NCBI RefSeq assembly: GCF_963921235.1
Contig: NC_086097.1
Span: 96,288,001 to 96,352,000, forward strand
Direction: 5' to 3'
Length of the DNA stretch: 64,000 bases
Source of the DNA: Mobula hypostoma
Lineage: Eukaryota
Shown here: in pieces, positions 15,801-26,829 of the stretch
How the letters are laid out: each line of letters opens with the position of its first letter
How positions within the stretch are numbered: position 1 is the first letter of the stretch
Translations under genes and position numbers: made by a program
The notes under the pieces: model-generated
Databases searched by the model: none
What the model saw: the letters and a program-made list of their open reading frames with translations, nothing else
What the model was told of the DNA's origin: nothing

Positions 15801-18800
15801 AAACCCCAGACCCCGTACTGCAACCTCAAGACCCCGGACCCCAGACCACAGCCTCTAGACCCCGGACCCCTGTCTGCAGCCTCAAGACCCTAACGCAGCC
15901 TCAAGACCCCGGACCCCGGACTCGGACCGCAGCCTCAAGACCCTGGATGCTGACTCCGGACCCCAGCCTGCAGCCTGAAGACCCCAGACCCAGGACCGCA
16001 GCCTCAAGACCCCGGACCCCAGACTCCTGCCTGCAGTCTCAAGACCCTGGACCTCGGACCCCAGACCCCAGCCTGCAACCTCAAGACCCCGGACCCCGTA
16101 CCACAGCCTCAAGACCCCGGACCCCAGACCACAGCCTCTAGACCCCGGACCCCTGTCTGCAGCCTCAAGACCCCGGATGCCGACTCCGGACCGCAGCCTC
16201 AAGACCCTGGACCCCGGACCCAGGGCCGCAGCTTTAAGACCATGGACCCCGGAACCCGGACCCCAGCCTGCAACCTCAAGTTCCTGGACCCCGGACCCGA
16301 GACTGCAGCATCAAGACTCCGGACCCTGGACCCCAGCCAGCAGCCTCAAGACCCTGGACCCTGGACTGCAGCCTCAAGACCCCGGACCCCAGACCGCAGC
16401 CTCAAGACCCTGGACCCCGGATCACAGCCTCAAGACCCCGGACCCTGGAAATCAGACCCCAGCCTGCAGCCTCAAGACCCCCGACCCTGGACCGCAGCTT
16501 CAAGACCCCGGACCCCGGTCTGCAGCCTCAAGACCCTGGACCCTGGATCCCAGCTGGCCGCCTCAAGACCCCGGACCCTGGACTGCAGCCTCAAGACGCC
16601 GGATCCCAGACTGCAGCCTCAAGACCCTGGAACCCGGACCCTAGACTCAAGACCCGGACCCCAGACCCCAGTCTTAAGACCCCGGACCCTGGACCCCAGA
16701 CCGCAGCCTCAAGTCCCTGGACCCCATATCGCAGCCGCAAGACCCCGGACCCTGGAAATCAGACCCCAGCCTGCAGCCTCAAGATGCCGGACCCCGGACC
16801 CTAGCCGGCAGCCTCAAGACCCCCGACCCTGGACCACAGCCTCAAGACCCCAGACCCTGCACCGCAGCTTCAAGACCCTGGAGCCCAGACTGCAGCCTCA
16901 AGACCCCGGACCCTGGACCCCAGCCTTAAGACCCAGGACTCTGGACCCCAGACCGCAGCCTCAAGTCCCTGGACCCCATATCGCAGCCTCAAGACCCCGG
17001 ACTCCAGACCGCAGCCTCAAGACCCTGGATCCCGGACCACAGCTGGAAGCCTCAAGGCCCCCGACCCTGGACCACAGCCTCAAGACTCCGGACTGCAGCC
17101 TCAAGATCCAGGACCCTGGACCCAGGACCACAGCCTTAAGCCCCGGACCCTAGAACCCGGAACCCAACCAGCAGCCTCAAGACCCCGGACCCTGGACTTC
17201 AGACAGCAGCTTCAAGCCCCCAGAACCCGGACCGCAGCCTCAAGACCCTGCACCCCAGACCGCAACCTCAAGACTACGGACCCTGGACTCGGACCGCAGC
17301 CTCAAGACCCTGGACCCCGGACCCTGAAACCGGGACCCCAGCCTGCAGCCTCAAGTTCTTGGACCCCGGACCCGAGACTGCAGCATCAAGACTCCGGACC
17401 CTGGACCTCAGCCAGAGGCCTCAAGACCCTGGACCCTGGACTGCAGCCTCAAGACCCCGGACCCCAGACCGCAGCCTCAAGACCCCGGACTGCAGCCTCA
17501 AGACCCCGAACCCTGGACCCCAGCCTTAAGACCCCGGACCCTGGACCCCAGACCGCAGCCTCAAGTCCCTGGACCCCATATCGCAGCCTCAAGACCCTGG
17601 ACCCTGGAAATCAGACCCCAGCCTGCAGCCTCAAGATGCCGGACCCCGGACCCTAGCCGGCAGCCTCAAGACCCCCGACCCTGGACCACAGCCTCAAGAC
17701 CCCAGACCCTGCACCGCAGCTTCAAGACCCCGGAGCCCAGACTGCAGCCTCAAGACCCCGGACCCTGGACCCCAGCCTTAAGACCCCGGACCTTGGACCC
17801 CAGACCGCAGCCTCAAGTCCCTGGACCCCATATCGCAGCCTCAAGACCCCGGACTCCGGACCGCAGCCTCAAGACCCTGGACCCCGGACCCAGGGCCGCA
17901 GCTTTAAGACCATGGACCCCGGAACCCGGACCCCAGCCTGCAGCCTCAAGTTCCTGGACCCCGGACTCGAGACTGCAGCATCAAGACTTCGGACCCTGGA
18001 CCCCAGCCAGCAGCCTCAAGACCCCCGACCCTGGACTGCAGCCTCAAGACCCCGGACCCCAGACTGCAGCCTCAAGACCCAGGACCCCGGATTGCAGCCT
18101 CAAGACCCCGGACACTGGATCCCAGCCTTAAGACCCCAGACCTTGGACCCCAGACCGCAGCCTCAAGTCCCTGGACCCCATACCGCAGCCTCAAGACCCC
18201 GGACCCTGGAAATCAGACCCCAACCTGCAGCCTCAAGACCCCCGACCCTGGATCCCAGCTGGCCGCCTCAAGATCCCGGACCCTGGACCGCAGCCTCAAG
18301 ACGCCGGATCCCAGACTGCAGCCTCAAGACGCCGGATCCCAGACCGCAGCCTCAAGACCCCTGACCCCAGCCTGCAGCCTGAAGACCCCGGACCCAGGAC
18401 CGCAGCCTCAAGACCCCGGACCCCGGACTGCAGCCTCAAGACCCTGGACCTCGGACCCCAGACCCCAGCCTGCAACCTCAAAACCCCGGACCCCGTACTG
18501 CAACCTCAAGACCCCGGACCCCAGACCACAGCCTCTAGACCCCGGACCCCTGTCTGCAGCCTCAAGACCCTAACGCAGCCTCAAGACCCCGGACCCCGGA
18601 CTCGGACCGCAGCCTCAAGACCCTGGATGCTGACTCCGGACCCCAGCCTGCAGCCTGAAGACCCCGGACCCAGGACCGCAGCCTCAAGACCCCGGACCCC
18701 AGACTCCTGCCCGCAGCCTCAAGACCCTGGACCTCGGACCCCAGACCCCAGCCTGCAACCTCAAGACCCTGGACCCCGTACCACAGCCTCAAGACCCCGG

Positions 18801-20600
18801 ACCCCAGACCACAGCCTCTAGACCCCGGACCCCTGTCTGCAGCCTCAAGACCCCGGATGCCGACTCCGGACCGCAGCCTCAAGACCCTGGACCCCGGACC
18901 CAGGGCCGCAGCTTTAAGACCATGGACCCCGGAACCCGGACCCCAGCCTGCAGCCTCAAGTTCCTGGACCCCGGACTCGAGACTGCAGCATCAAGACTCC
19001 GGACCCTGGACCCCAGCCAGCAGCCTCAAGACCCCCGACCCTGGACTGCAGCCTCAAGACCCCGGACCCCAGACTGCAGCCTCAAGACCCAGGACCCCGG
19101 ATTGCAGCCTCAAGACCCCGGACACTGGATCCCAGCCTTAAGACCCCAGACCTTGGACCCCAGACCGCAGCCTCAAGTCCCTGGACCCCATACCGCAGCC
19201 TCAAGACCCCGGACCCTGGAAATCAGACCCCAACCTGCAGCCTCAAGACCCCCGACCCTGGATCCCAGCTGGCCGCCTCAAGATCCCGGACCCTGGACCG
19301 CAGCCTCAAGACGCCGGATCCCAGACTGCAGCCTCAAGACGCCGGATCCCAGACCGCAGCCTCAAGACCCCTGACCCCAGCCTGCAGCCTGAAGACCCCG
19401 GACCCAGGACCGCAGCCTCAAGACCCCGGACCCCGGACTGCAGCCTCAAGACCCTGGACCTCGGACCCCAGACCCCAGCCTGCAACCTCAAAACCCCGGA
19501 CCCCGTACTGCAACCTCAAGACCCCGGACCCCAGACCACAGCCTCTAGACCCCGGACCCCTGTCTGCAGCCTCAAGACCCTAACGCAGCCTCAAGACCCC
19601 GGACCCCAGACTCGGACCGCAGCCTCAAGACCCTGGATGCTGACTCCGGACCCCAGCCTGCAGCCTGAAGACCCTGGACCCAGGACCGCAGCCTCAAGAC
19701 CCCGGACCCCAGACTCCTGCCTGCAGCCTCAAGACCCTGGACCTCGGACCCCAGACCCCAGCCTGCAACCTCAAGACCCCGGACCCCGTACCACAGCCTC
19801 AAGACCCCGGACCCCAGACCACAGCCTCTAGACCCCGGACCCCTGTCTGCAGCCTCAAGACCCCGGATGCCGACTCCGGACCGCAGCCTCAAGACCCTGG
19901 ACCCCGGACCCAGGGCCGCAGCTTTAAGACCATGGACCCCGGAACCCGGACCCCAGCCTGCAGCCTCAAGTTCCTGGACCCCGGACCCGAGACTGCAGCA
20001 TCAAGACTCCGGACCCTGGACCCCAGCCAGCAGCCTCAAGACCCTGGACCCTGGACTGCAGCCTCAAGACCCCGGACCCCAGACCGCAGCCTCAAGACCC
20101 CGGACCCCGGATCACAGCCTCAAGACCCCGGACCCTGGAAATCAGACCCCAGCCTGCAGCCTCAAGACCCCCGACCCTGGACCGCAGCTTCAAGACCCCG
20201 GACCCCGGTCTGCAGCCTCAAGACCCTGGACCCTGGATCCCAGCTGGCCGCCTCAAGACCCCGGACCCTGGACTGCAGCCTCAAGACGCCGGATCCCAGA
20301 CTGCAGCCTCAAGACCCTGGAACCCGGACCCTAGACTCAAGACCCGGACCCCAGACCCCAGCCTCAAGACCCCGGACCCCGGACACCAGACTGCACCCTC
20401 AAGACCCAAGACCCCAGCCTGCAGCCTGAAGACCCCGGACCCAGGACTGCATCTCAAGACCCTGGACCTCGGACCCCAGACCCCAGCCTGCAACCTCAAG
20501 ACCCCGGGCCCCGTACCGCAGCCTCAAGACCCCGGACCCCAGACCACAGCCTCTAGACCCTGGACCCCGGACCCCAGACCGCAGCCTCAAGACCCCAGCC
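855..20600. repeat. ~19.7-kb complex heptamer satellite (units GACCCCG/GACCCTG/GACCCCA/GACCGCA/GACTGCA/GACCACA/GCCTCAA/GCCTGCA/GCCGGCA), roughly 2,800 units
   Basis: Read directly: near-continuous 7-bp periodicity; C-rich plus strand, G-rich minus strand; internal segmental duplications of 385 bp and 1010 bp. Confidence 0.97.
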
Positions 20601-20945
20601 ACGTCCTGTCCTGTAGCCATGTCATGTCCTTGCCTGGTTCTGGGGTCCGAGCGCGAGGCAAGACCCAGGTTCTGGGTCCTTGTCCAGTCTCTGGCTCGGA
20701 CTCCAAGCTCAGGCTCCTAGTTCATGGTTCCTAGTTCTTGTCCCGATTTCCCAAGCCCAGGCTCCTAGTTCATAGCTCCTTGTCTCGGTTCCCTGTCTAG
20801 TCCATGTCCTAGCCCAAGTCTGCGTTCTTGTCCCTGCTCCTTGTCTGTATCCTGTCACGTCCCTACTCTAGTCAAGTCCTGTTCGTAGTACATCAGGGTC
20901 TGTGTCTTGCATTTGGGTCTGTTCCCAACGCCCCCCTTTGTAACA
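20601..20945 (+). mobile_element. Surviving 3' portion of the 5' LTR of a Gypsy (Tf1/sushi-like) LTR retroelement; ends TGTAACA
   Basis: Ungapped direct repeat of 22148-22492 (offset 1547; about 21 mismatches in 345 bp by eye). Canonical ...CA LTR end, followed by a PBS-position sequence and ATG GAC CCA GCA. Confidence 0.85.
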
Positions 20946-21111
20946 GAATGAACCAGCCATTCATGGACCCAGCAACACAGACACTATCCTCTAGTCCCTT
21001 CACCCCAGGTTCCCTCCTGATTGAATAAGACCCCCCCTCACCCGCCCGAGTCGTCCTTAGTCCTGGAAAGCCTCTTCGGTCGCCCGGAGACTCCCATGGG
21101 GGGGCGGTTAC
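20946..21111 (+). mobile_element. 166-bp residual internal domain of the LTR element (PBS-position sequence, MDPA gag-like start at 20963, G-rich PPT at 21098-21104)
   Basis: GAATGAACCAGCCATTCATGGACCCAGCA follows the LTR end directly. GGGGGGGCGGTTAC precedes TGTCATGG. Both match the layout of fish sushi-like chromoviral Gypsy elements; gag-pol is deleted. Confidence 0.75.
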
Positions 21112-21247
21112 TGTCATGGTCCGGTCCGTGAAGTCCACATTCCGGTTCATGGTCCGGTCCGTGGACTCAGGACTCTGGGTCTTCCAGCTGTCCCTTATTT
21201 TGGTTGGGTTAATCATAGGCACCTGATTCCCATCTTGCGGCTCGGAA

Positions 21248-21287
21248 TATAAGTAGCCTTGGGGTTGAGTGTGGGCTGCTGGTTTGT
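21248..21287 (+). promoter_or_regulatory. LTR promoter: TATAA at 21248 with predicted transcript start near 21278 (GCTGGTTTGT)
   Basis: TATAAGTAGCC motif. The sequence 30 nt downstream is complementary to the PBS-position sequence at 20948-20957. Confidence 0.55.
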
Positions 21288-21600
21288 CTTGTCGAGATCC
21301 CCTGGGAGCAACCTGCCAGTGGAAGGCTAGAGCAGCCACTTGCCATCTTTAGGCCGTGTTGGAGAACCATCGCTTCATGGAGCCTTGCTGTCGGTAGTTG
21401 GAGCTGTCTTTGCGGTGTGGATTTGGCCATTTCCCGGGCCAGCTGAGTTGCTGTCAGCCCCTCCGAGCTAGGTAGGGATCTGGCTGTTTCCGTAGCCAGC
21501 CGAGGTTGCTGGCCGTAACTGCAACTCGGAGCAACCCCGATGCAGAGATGGAACTGTCTGTCGTTCTTCGGTGTTTGTCTCTTCTTGTCCTCATCTCCAT

Positions 21601-21835
21601 GGGGTAAGTCAGGCCGTTCTGCCGTTGCCCTGCGGGGGGGATCTGTCTTGTCTTGTCCTCGCCTCCACGGGGTAACTCAGGCCGTTCTGCTGTTGCCCTG
21701 CGGGGGGGATCTGTCTTGTCTTGTCCTCGCCTCTGTAGGGTAAGTCAAGCCATTCTGCCATTGCCCTGCAGGGGGATCTGTCTTGTCTTGTCTTTGCCTC
21801 TGTTGAGTAAGTCCGGCCATTCTGCCATTATCCGA
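21601..21835 (+). repeat. ~68-bp tandem repeat (about 3.5 copies) inside the LTR
   Basis: GGGTAAGTCAGGCCGTTCTGCCGTTGCCCTGCGGGGGGGATCTGTCTTGTCTTGTC-like unit recurring near 21601, 21669, 21737 and, partially, 21805. Confidence 0.85.
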
Positions 21836-21997
21836 CAGATGGACCTGTCCCACCTTGGTGTGGAGATAAAGTTGAGTCCCGGCTTTATGTCTATGTACTG
21901 TCCAGTCTCATGTTAGAATCGTGTTAAAGATGAGTCCGGCTTTTCAAAGGATAAGTCCTGGCTCTATGTTGATGTACGGTTCCCAGTCTGTCTCCGA

Positions 21998-22147
21998 GCT
22001 CCAGCCTCCAAGTTACCAGCCTCCAGCCCCAAGATCCCAGCTTCCAGCCTTCAGCCCCAAGATCCCAGCCTGCAGCCCCAAGACCCAAGACCCCAGCCTG
22101 CAGCCCCAAGACCCAAGCCCCCAGCCTGCAACCTCAAGACCCCAGCC
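21998..22147 (+). repeat. Short (~20 unit) heptamer array in the intact LTR, homologous in position to the 19.7-kb satellite
   Basis: Units GCCTCCA, GCCCCAA, GATCCCA, GCCTGCA, GACCCAA, GACCCCA, ACCTCAA. It ends CCTCAAGACCCCAGCCACGTCC, exactly as the large array does. Confidence 0.9.
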
Positions 22148-25100
22148 ACGTCCTGTCCTATAGCCATGTCATGTCCTTGCCTGGTTCTGGGGTCCGAGCG
22201 TGAGACAAGACCCAGATTCTGGGTCCTTGCCCAGTCTCTAGCTCGGACTCCAAGCTCAGGCTCCTAGTTCATGGTTCCTAGTCCTGGTCCCGCTTTCCCA
22301 AGCCCAGGCTCCTAGTTCATAGCTCCTTGTCCAGGTTGCCTGTCTAGTCCATGTCCTAGCCCAAGTCTGCGTTCTTGTCCCTGCTCCTTGTCTGTATCCT
22401 GTCGCGTCTCTACTCTAGTCAAGTCCTGTTCATAGTACTTCAGTGTCTGTGTCTTGCATTTGGGTCCGTTCCCAATGCCCCCTTTTGTGACACACAAAGC
22501 CATTTAGAGAGCTAATTTTGACTATTAAAAGTATTATTATTGCACTGAAATATTGGTGACAACTGCAATTGCATTGAGAATATCCTTGTTTATATTTGAA
22601 ACTATGCACTGGGGAATTTGGAGGTATGGTATATGGTAAGATTCAACTATCTCAGCAGTGCTTAAAGTTGAAGAGTTAGCATTGTTGCATAATTGCGTTA
22701 ATTGGCCTCCAGCATGCAGGAATCAATTCCTTGCAACTTGGCCTAAGAAGCTCTGGCATTGCCACATGTACAAGTTACACATGCTGAACTTATGATAGTC
22801 CACAGGGATGCCATCTGGCCTTTCACAGAAAGACAAATGTCAAAGTGGTCCAGTCATTGAACAATAAAGGAAAACATTAAAACAAATCTTAAAAGCAATA
22901 AGTTGGGTTTCATGGCGCTTATTATACAGCTGTGTAGTCCATCTGCAGTGAAAGCTTTTAAAGTTATGTGAATTTTGTGAAATTGCCAATCCAACTCTGC
23001 AACAATGCCAAAGAATGAGAATACATTTTCTTTAATTCATCCTTTTTAACAACCAGTTGTACCAACACATATAAATAAGAAAGGAAAATTCTAGAAATTT
23101 CATGTCAGGCAGCATTTATGGAAAGAGAAACAGTCAGCCATTTGGATTTGTGAAGGGTTCAGATTTTTAGCATATACCGTTTTTTTTTAAGATTTTGATG
23201 CACTAATGCACCAATTGGTTCTATATTGCATCTCAAACCATCTCTTCCGTATTATTCCATGATTGAAAAGGTAGATAGGTTCCATTTGCTCCTAAACTTC
23301 ATGCACTTGCAGAGATGCTTAAGACTATGTCGAAACACTTTACTCTTTTTTTGCTTTCTCCACATCTTGGGACTTCTCTAACAGCTGTCCAAGATCAAGA
23401 AAAAAAACTGTGCAGAGAACTGAGACCCAAAACCATGTTCTAAAAGTCAGATGCATTTCTACAATTTTGAATCATGGAAAAGTACCCTTCCCTTGTGCTT
23501 CATTTCTATATCGAAATACTTGGCTCAATTCTTATACATAATCCCAGGAATCTCACTTGAGATATGACAAAGAAATGTTCAAGTCATTCTCCAAAATTAA
23601 TAATGTGCTCCTAAAATTATTGATCTGCAGGACTCAGAAGTCTTTTCATGTTGATTTTCAGAAGGGAGGTATGATAATTGAAGGCTGTTAAGGAAACAAG
23701 CCTGATAAAGACAGGTTTTAAAAACCTTATAATTACAAAATATTGAATGGCCATGATGGAACAGAAAATTCAATTTATAGATTCCGTGACTGAGGACAAA
23801 GTGTATGGTGAGCCTCAATTTCAAAACAGGAAGAAAAAGGGGAAAGAAGAACAGCATATTTAGAGTTTAGGGTGAACTAAAGAAAAAACCTCACAGAAGA
23901 ATTAACAACTACATTTGTACCATGCTGGTAAAAATAAAATATAGTCAAGATAAAGAGGGTACAGTATGGTCGTGAGAAGGGAAAATCCACATCAGTGGAC
24001 AAAGAAGACCTACTAAATTTAGTAGTAACAGCGATAGCCTTGGGCTTTACAGAGAATTAAAAGTAAGAGGAGCTTTGGTTTCTTGGATGCAGCTTCAACT
24101 AAGGAGAAAGTTTACTTCATGGAACAAAATGTAAAAGAAATACTAAACTAATTAAAAAGCCAATAGCACTTCATTAATGATCATGGAGCACACGAGGTTA
24201 AATCTTACTCCAGAGAAATAGCTTTTCACAAATCATTGTTTTGACTCAAATTATAAGAAACTGCAGTTTTAAATTTCTTTCCTCTGTAGATTTCAATGTA
24301 CTGTCAAAATCAGTATACAGGCCAGAGAAAACACAGCTGTAATCTCTAGGTTCTCAAGATGAGTAAGAATAATTCTAGGATCTAAAAGCCTAAGAGTTTC
24401 ATCTTTCCAGAATTTGTGCCTTCTGAGAACAACGTAATTTTATGTCCTTTGAGAAAATGCTCCAAATTTATGATTTGTCAGTTACACAAAGAAGCAGAGA
24501 CAAGTGGTGCTCCAATTATGGGCCTCTCTAGGGCCACAATAAGAATACTATCAGTTTTCTATAATTTTATATTACCCTCAACTAATAGCAAGGGCATCAA
24601 TTTTATAATGTGAGATGTTTAGGAAATGACATTTCAACATGTATATTATTGAGTCTTTTAAGTTCAGCTGCGAGCTGCAAAAATTTAAAACCACACATGA
24701 TAACTTCAATTTACAATATTTACTGTACTTGATATTTTCACCAGTTAACAAATAAACTTGAATATTTATTTTGGTGAAAATGATACTTACTCAAGCATTT
24801 GCTATCAGTCAATGCAAACCAAGACTTTATTTTATGCTCTAGATATATGCTTAAAAATAACTACAGTTTCTAATTATCATTCCTTTCCACTTTGGGTATT
24901 TTTCACACTTTATTATTTCCACTTATGAAATCTTATAACTGGTATGTTATGAACAATAGTTGGTTCAAAAAGAAATATAAAGTGAATTTTATTAAAAAGA
25001 TTAAAATGATTAAAGATTTGTCTCGATAAAAAGCAATTGCAGAGTTCTACATGAGCACTTCAACTTTCACTTGAAACATACTTACTGGAGACAAATGAAA

Positions 25101-26538
25101 GTAATGAAGCAAGTGTGGAGAAGTAGCAGTGAGGAGAAACACAACTCAGAATAGTAAGGTACTGAATTCTTAAGGAAATCAGAGAAGAAAGGTGGTTGTG
25201 CTGATTACATTATTTCAACATTTCTTTGATTATAGAGATTGCGTTAAACATCTAGAGGACAGGCTATACAAAATTCTGTTCATTGAAGAAGCCAGGTAAC
25301 TATAGTCAGCCCTAAACTTCCAGACTGAATCTTTCTTGATACTTGAATACAGAGTGAATTTAGAATACACTTTTGAATTCTAATTTGTAAAACGAGCCGC
25401 GTCTAACAAATTTAACAGATTTCACACAGCACAGCCACAAAGGGATATCGTACATCAGCTTTTCATAAGGAACTTGATCAGATTCTAGGTTGAGATTTGC
25501 TGATTGGGGGAAATGTGCCAGTATGGCAGAAAATGAGCAGAACACTTTTCAAACTTCAGGGTTGCAAAAAATGGTGCCTAGCTCAAGGTTAATAACAGGA
25601 CCAGTAGAGAAAAATGGGATTTTTGTTTTACTGTAAAGAACTTTATGAAGAATTCCTTAAAGGTGCCATACTATTAATGATTTTAGGAATGTCAATGGCT
25701 ATGAAGAACTTTGTGAGATTACAAGCTCTTCTTCCATATTCTGCCCTATAGCTGTTTGATTACAGCTGGGTGCAGAAGAATTTTTTTCCAGCATCTTCTC
25801 ACTCGCTTTTGAAATCTTAGACTGTGGTCCCAATATGCCCAGATCCCAAAGAATTGGATTTTTCTCTCCAATGATCCTAAGGAATCCTGCCTTAGTAATG
25901 CTACATAACACAATAGAACAGGGTTTCTCAACCAGGGTTCTGTGAGGGGTTGCTCAGGGCTCCGTGAGAGATAGTGATAAAAAAAAACATCATTTTTTGA
26001 GCTTTGCACAACTACGATGCTAGCACTCGCAGTGATGGACAGTGACCAAGCAGCCCATTAACAATCTCATTAGAGGTCTCCCAGCCCAGTATGGCAATGC
26101 ACAGTAGGACGGACCATGTTTATTTGGTTGAGTCCATTCTCAGTTTTTGATGCGAGATTGGTGAGCCCTGTACTGAATGCAGGGGAGGACTGTAGTCTGA
26201 TAAGAAGTGTGAAGTGCATTTTCTGAGCATTGAATAGACTTGCCCATTTTTATACTTTATTAACCCCTATGTTTTGCGGACATGTCTGACGGTCCAATGC
26301 GGCGATTTTTGAATTACAATCTTCTGAGTCATTTCACTGCACTAGTGCAACAACGGAGACAAAAAAGTTCTGTCTTTACAATGAAGGCTATTTATCAATG
26401 GGTTTTACATAGACTGGTGATCCAAGTTGTCCTATTCCATTGTGCCTAGTCTGTGGCAAACAACTTAATGCAGGATTGGCTCCAGAAAAATTGAAAAGAC
26501 ATTTAACTACAAATCACAGCCATATGACATATAAAAGT

Positions 26539-26829
26539 AACACACACAAAATGCTGGTGGAACGCAGCAAACCAGGCAGCATCTATAGGAAGAAGTACAG
26601 TCGACGTTTTGGGTCAGACCCTTCATCAGGACTAACGGAAAAAAGATAGTAAGAGATTTGAACCACTTTCAAATCTCTTACTATCTCTTTTTTCCGTTAG
26701 TCCTGACAAAGGGTCTCGACCTGAAACGTCCACTGTACTTCTTCCTACAGATGCTGCCTGACCTGCTGTGTTCCACCAGCATTTTGTGTGTGTTGCTTGA
26801 ATTTCCAAAATCTGCAGATTTTCTTGTGT
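26539..26829. mobile_element. Fold-back (inverted) Penelope-like 3'-end insertion with 14-bp TSD TGACATATAAAAGT
   Basis: Left arm 26539-26662 is the reverse complement of ~26668-26794. TSD copies at 26525-26538 and 26830-26843. Sequence is related to the PLE termini at 35560-35664 and 55250-55396; both arms carry mutated hammerhead motifs. Confidence 0.85.

Larger units (their letters stand above)
21112..22492 (+). mobile_element. Complete 3' LTR (1381 bp), TGTCA...TGACA
   Basis: Terminal inverted TGTCA/TGACA; PPT immediately upstream; internal TATA box; last 345 bp repeated at 20601-20945. Confidence 0.85.

Noticed and set aside
855..20600. CRISPR-like appearance (constant GCAGCCTCAAGACC separated by variable stretches)
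   Set aside because: The intervening stretches are themselves repeat units, not unique spacers. There are no cas genes and the context is vertebrate intronic DNA.
855..20600. Possible telomeric or interstitial telomeric repeat
   Set aside because: The units are 7-mers unrelated to (CCCTAA)n and trace to the adjacent LTR.
698..20620. Dozens of Pro/Gln/Asp-rich ORFs (PQPQDPG / TAASRP / SLKT), up to 454 aa, resembling mucin-, collagen- or extensin-like proteins
   Set aside because: A 7-bp period cycles through all three frames, so each frame yields the same peptides. Stops are scattered and there are no splice signals or codon-level constraint. This is a by-product of the satellite.
25699..25911. 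ORF containing MLEKNSSA considered as the next RMDN exon (W-L-E-K-K type)
   Set aside because: It lacks the conserved Trp, the FLK ending and suitable splice sites.
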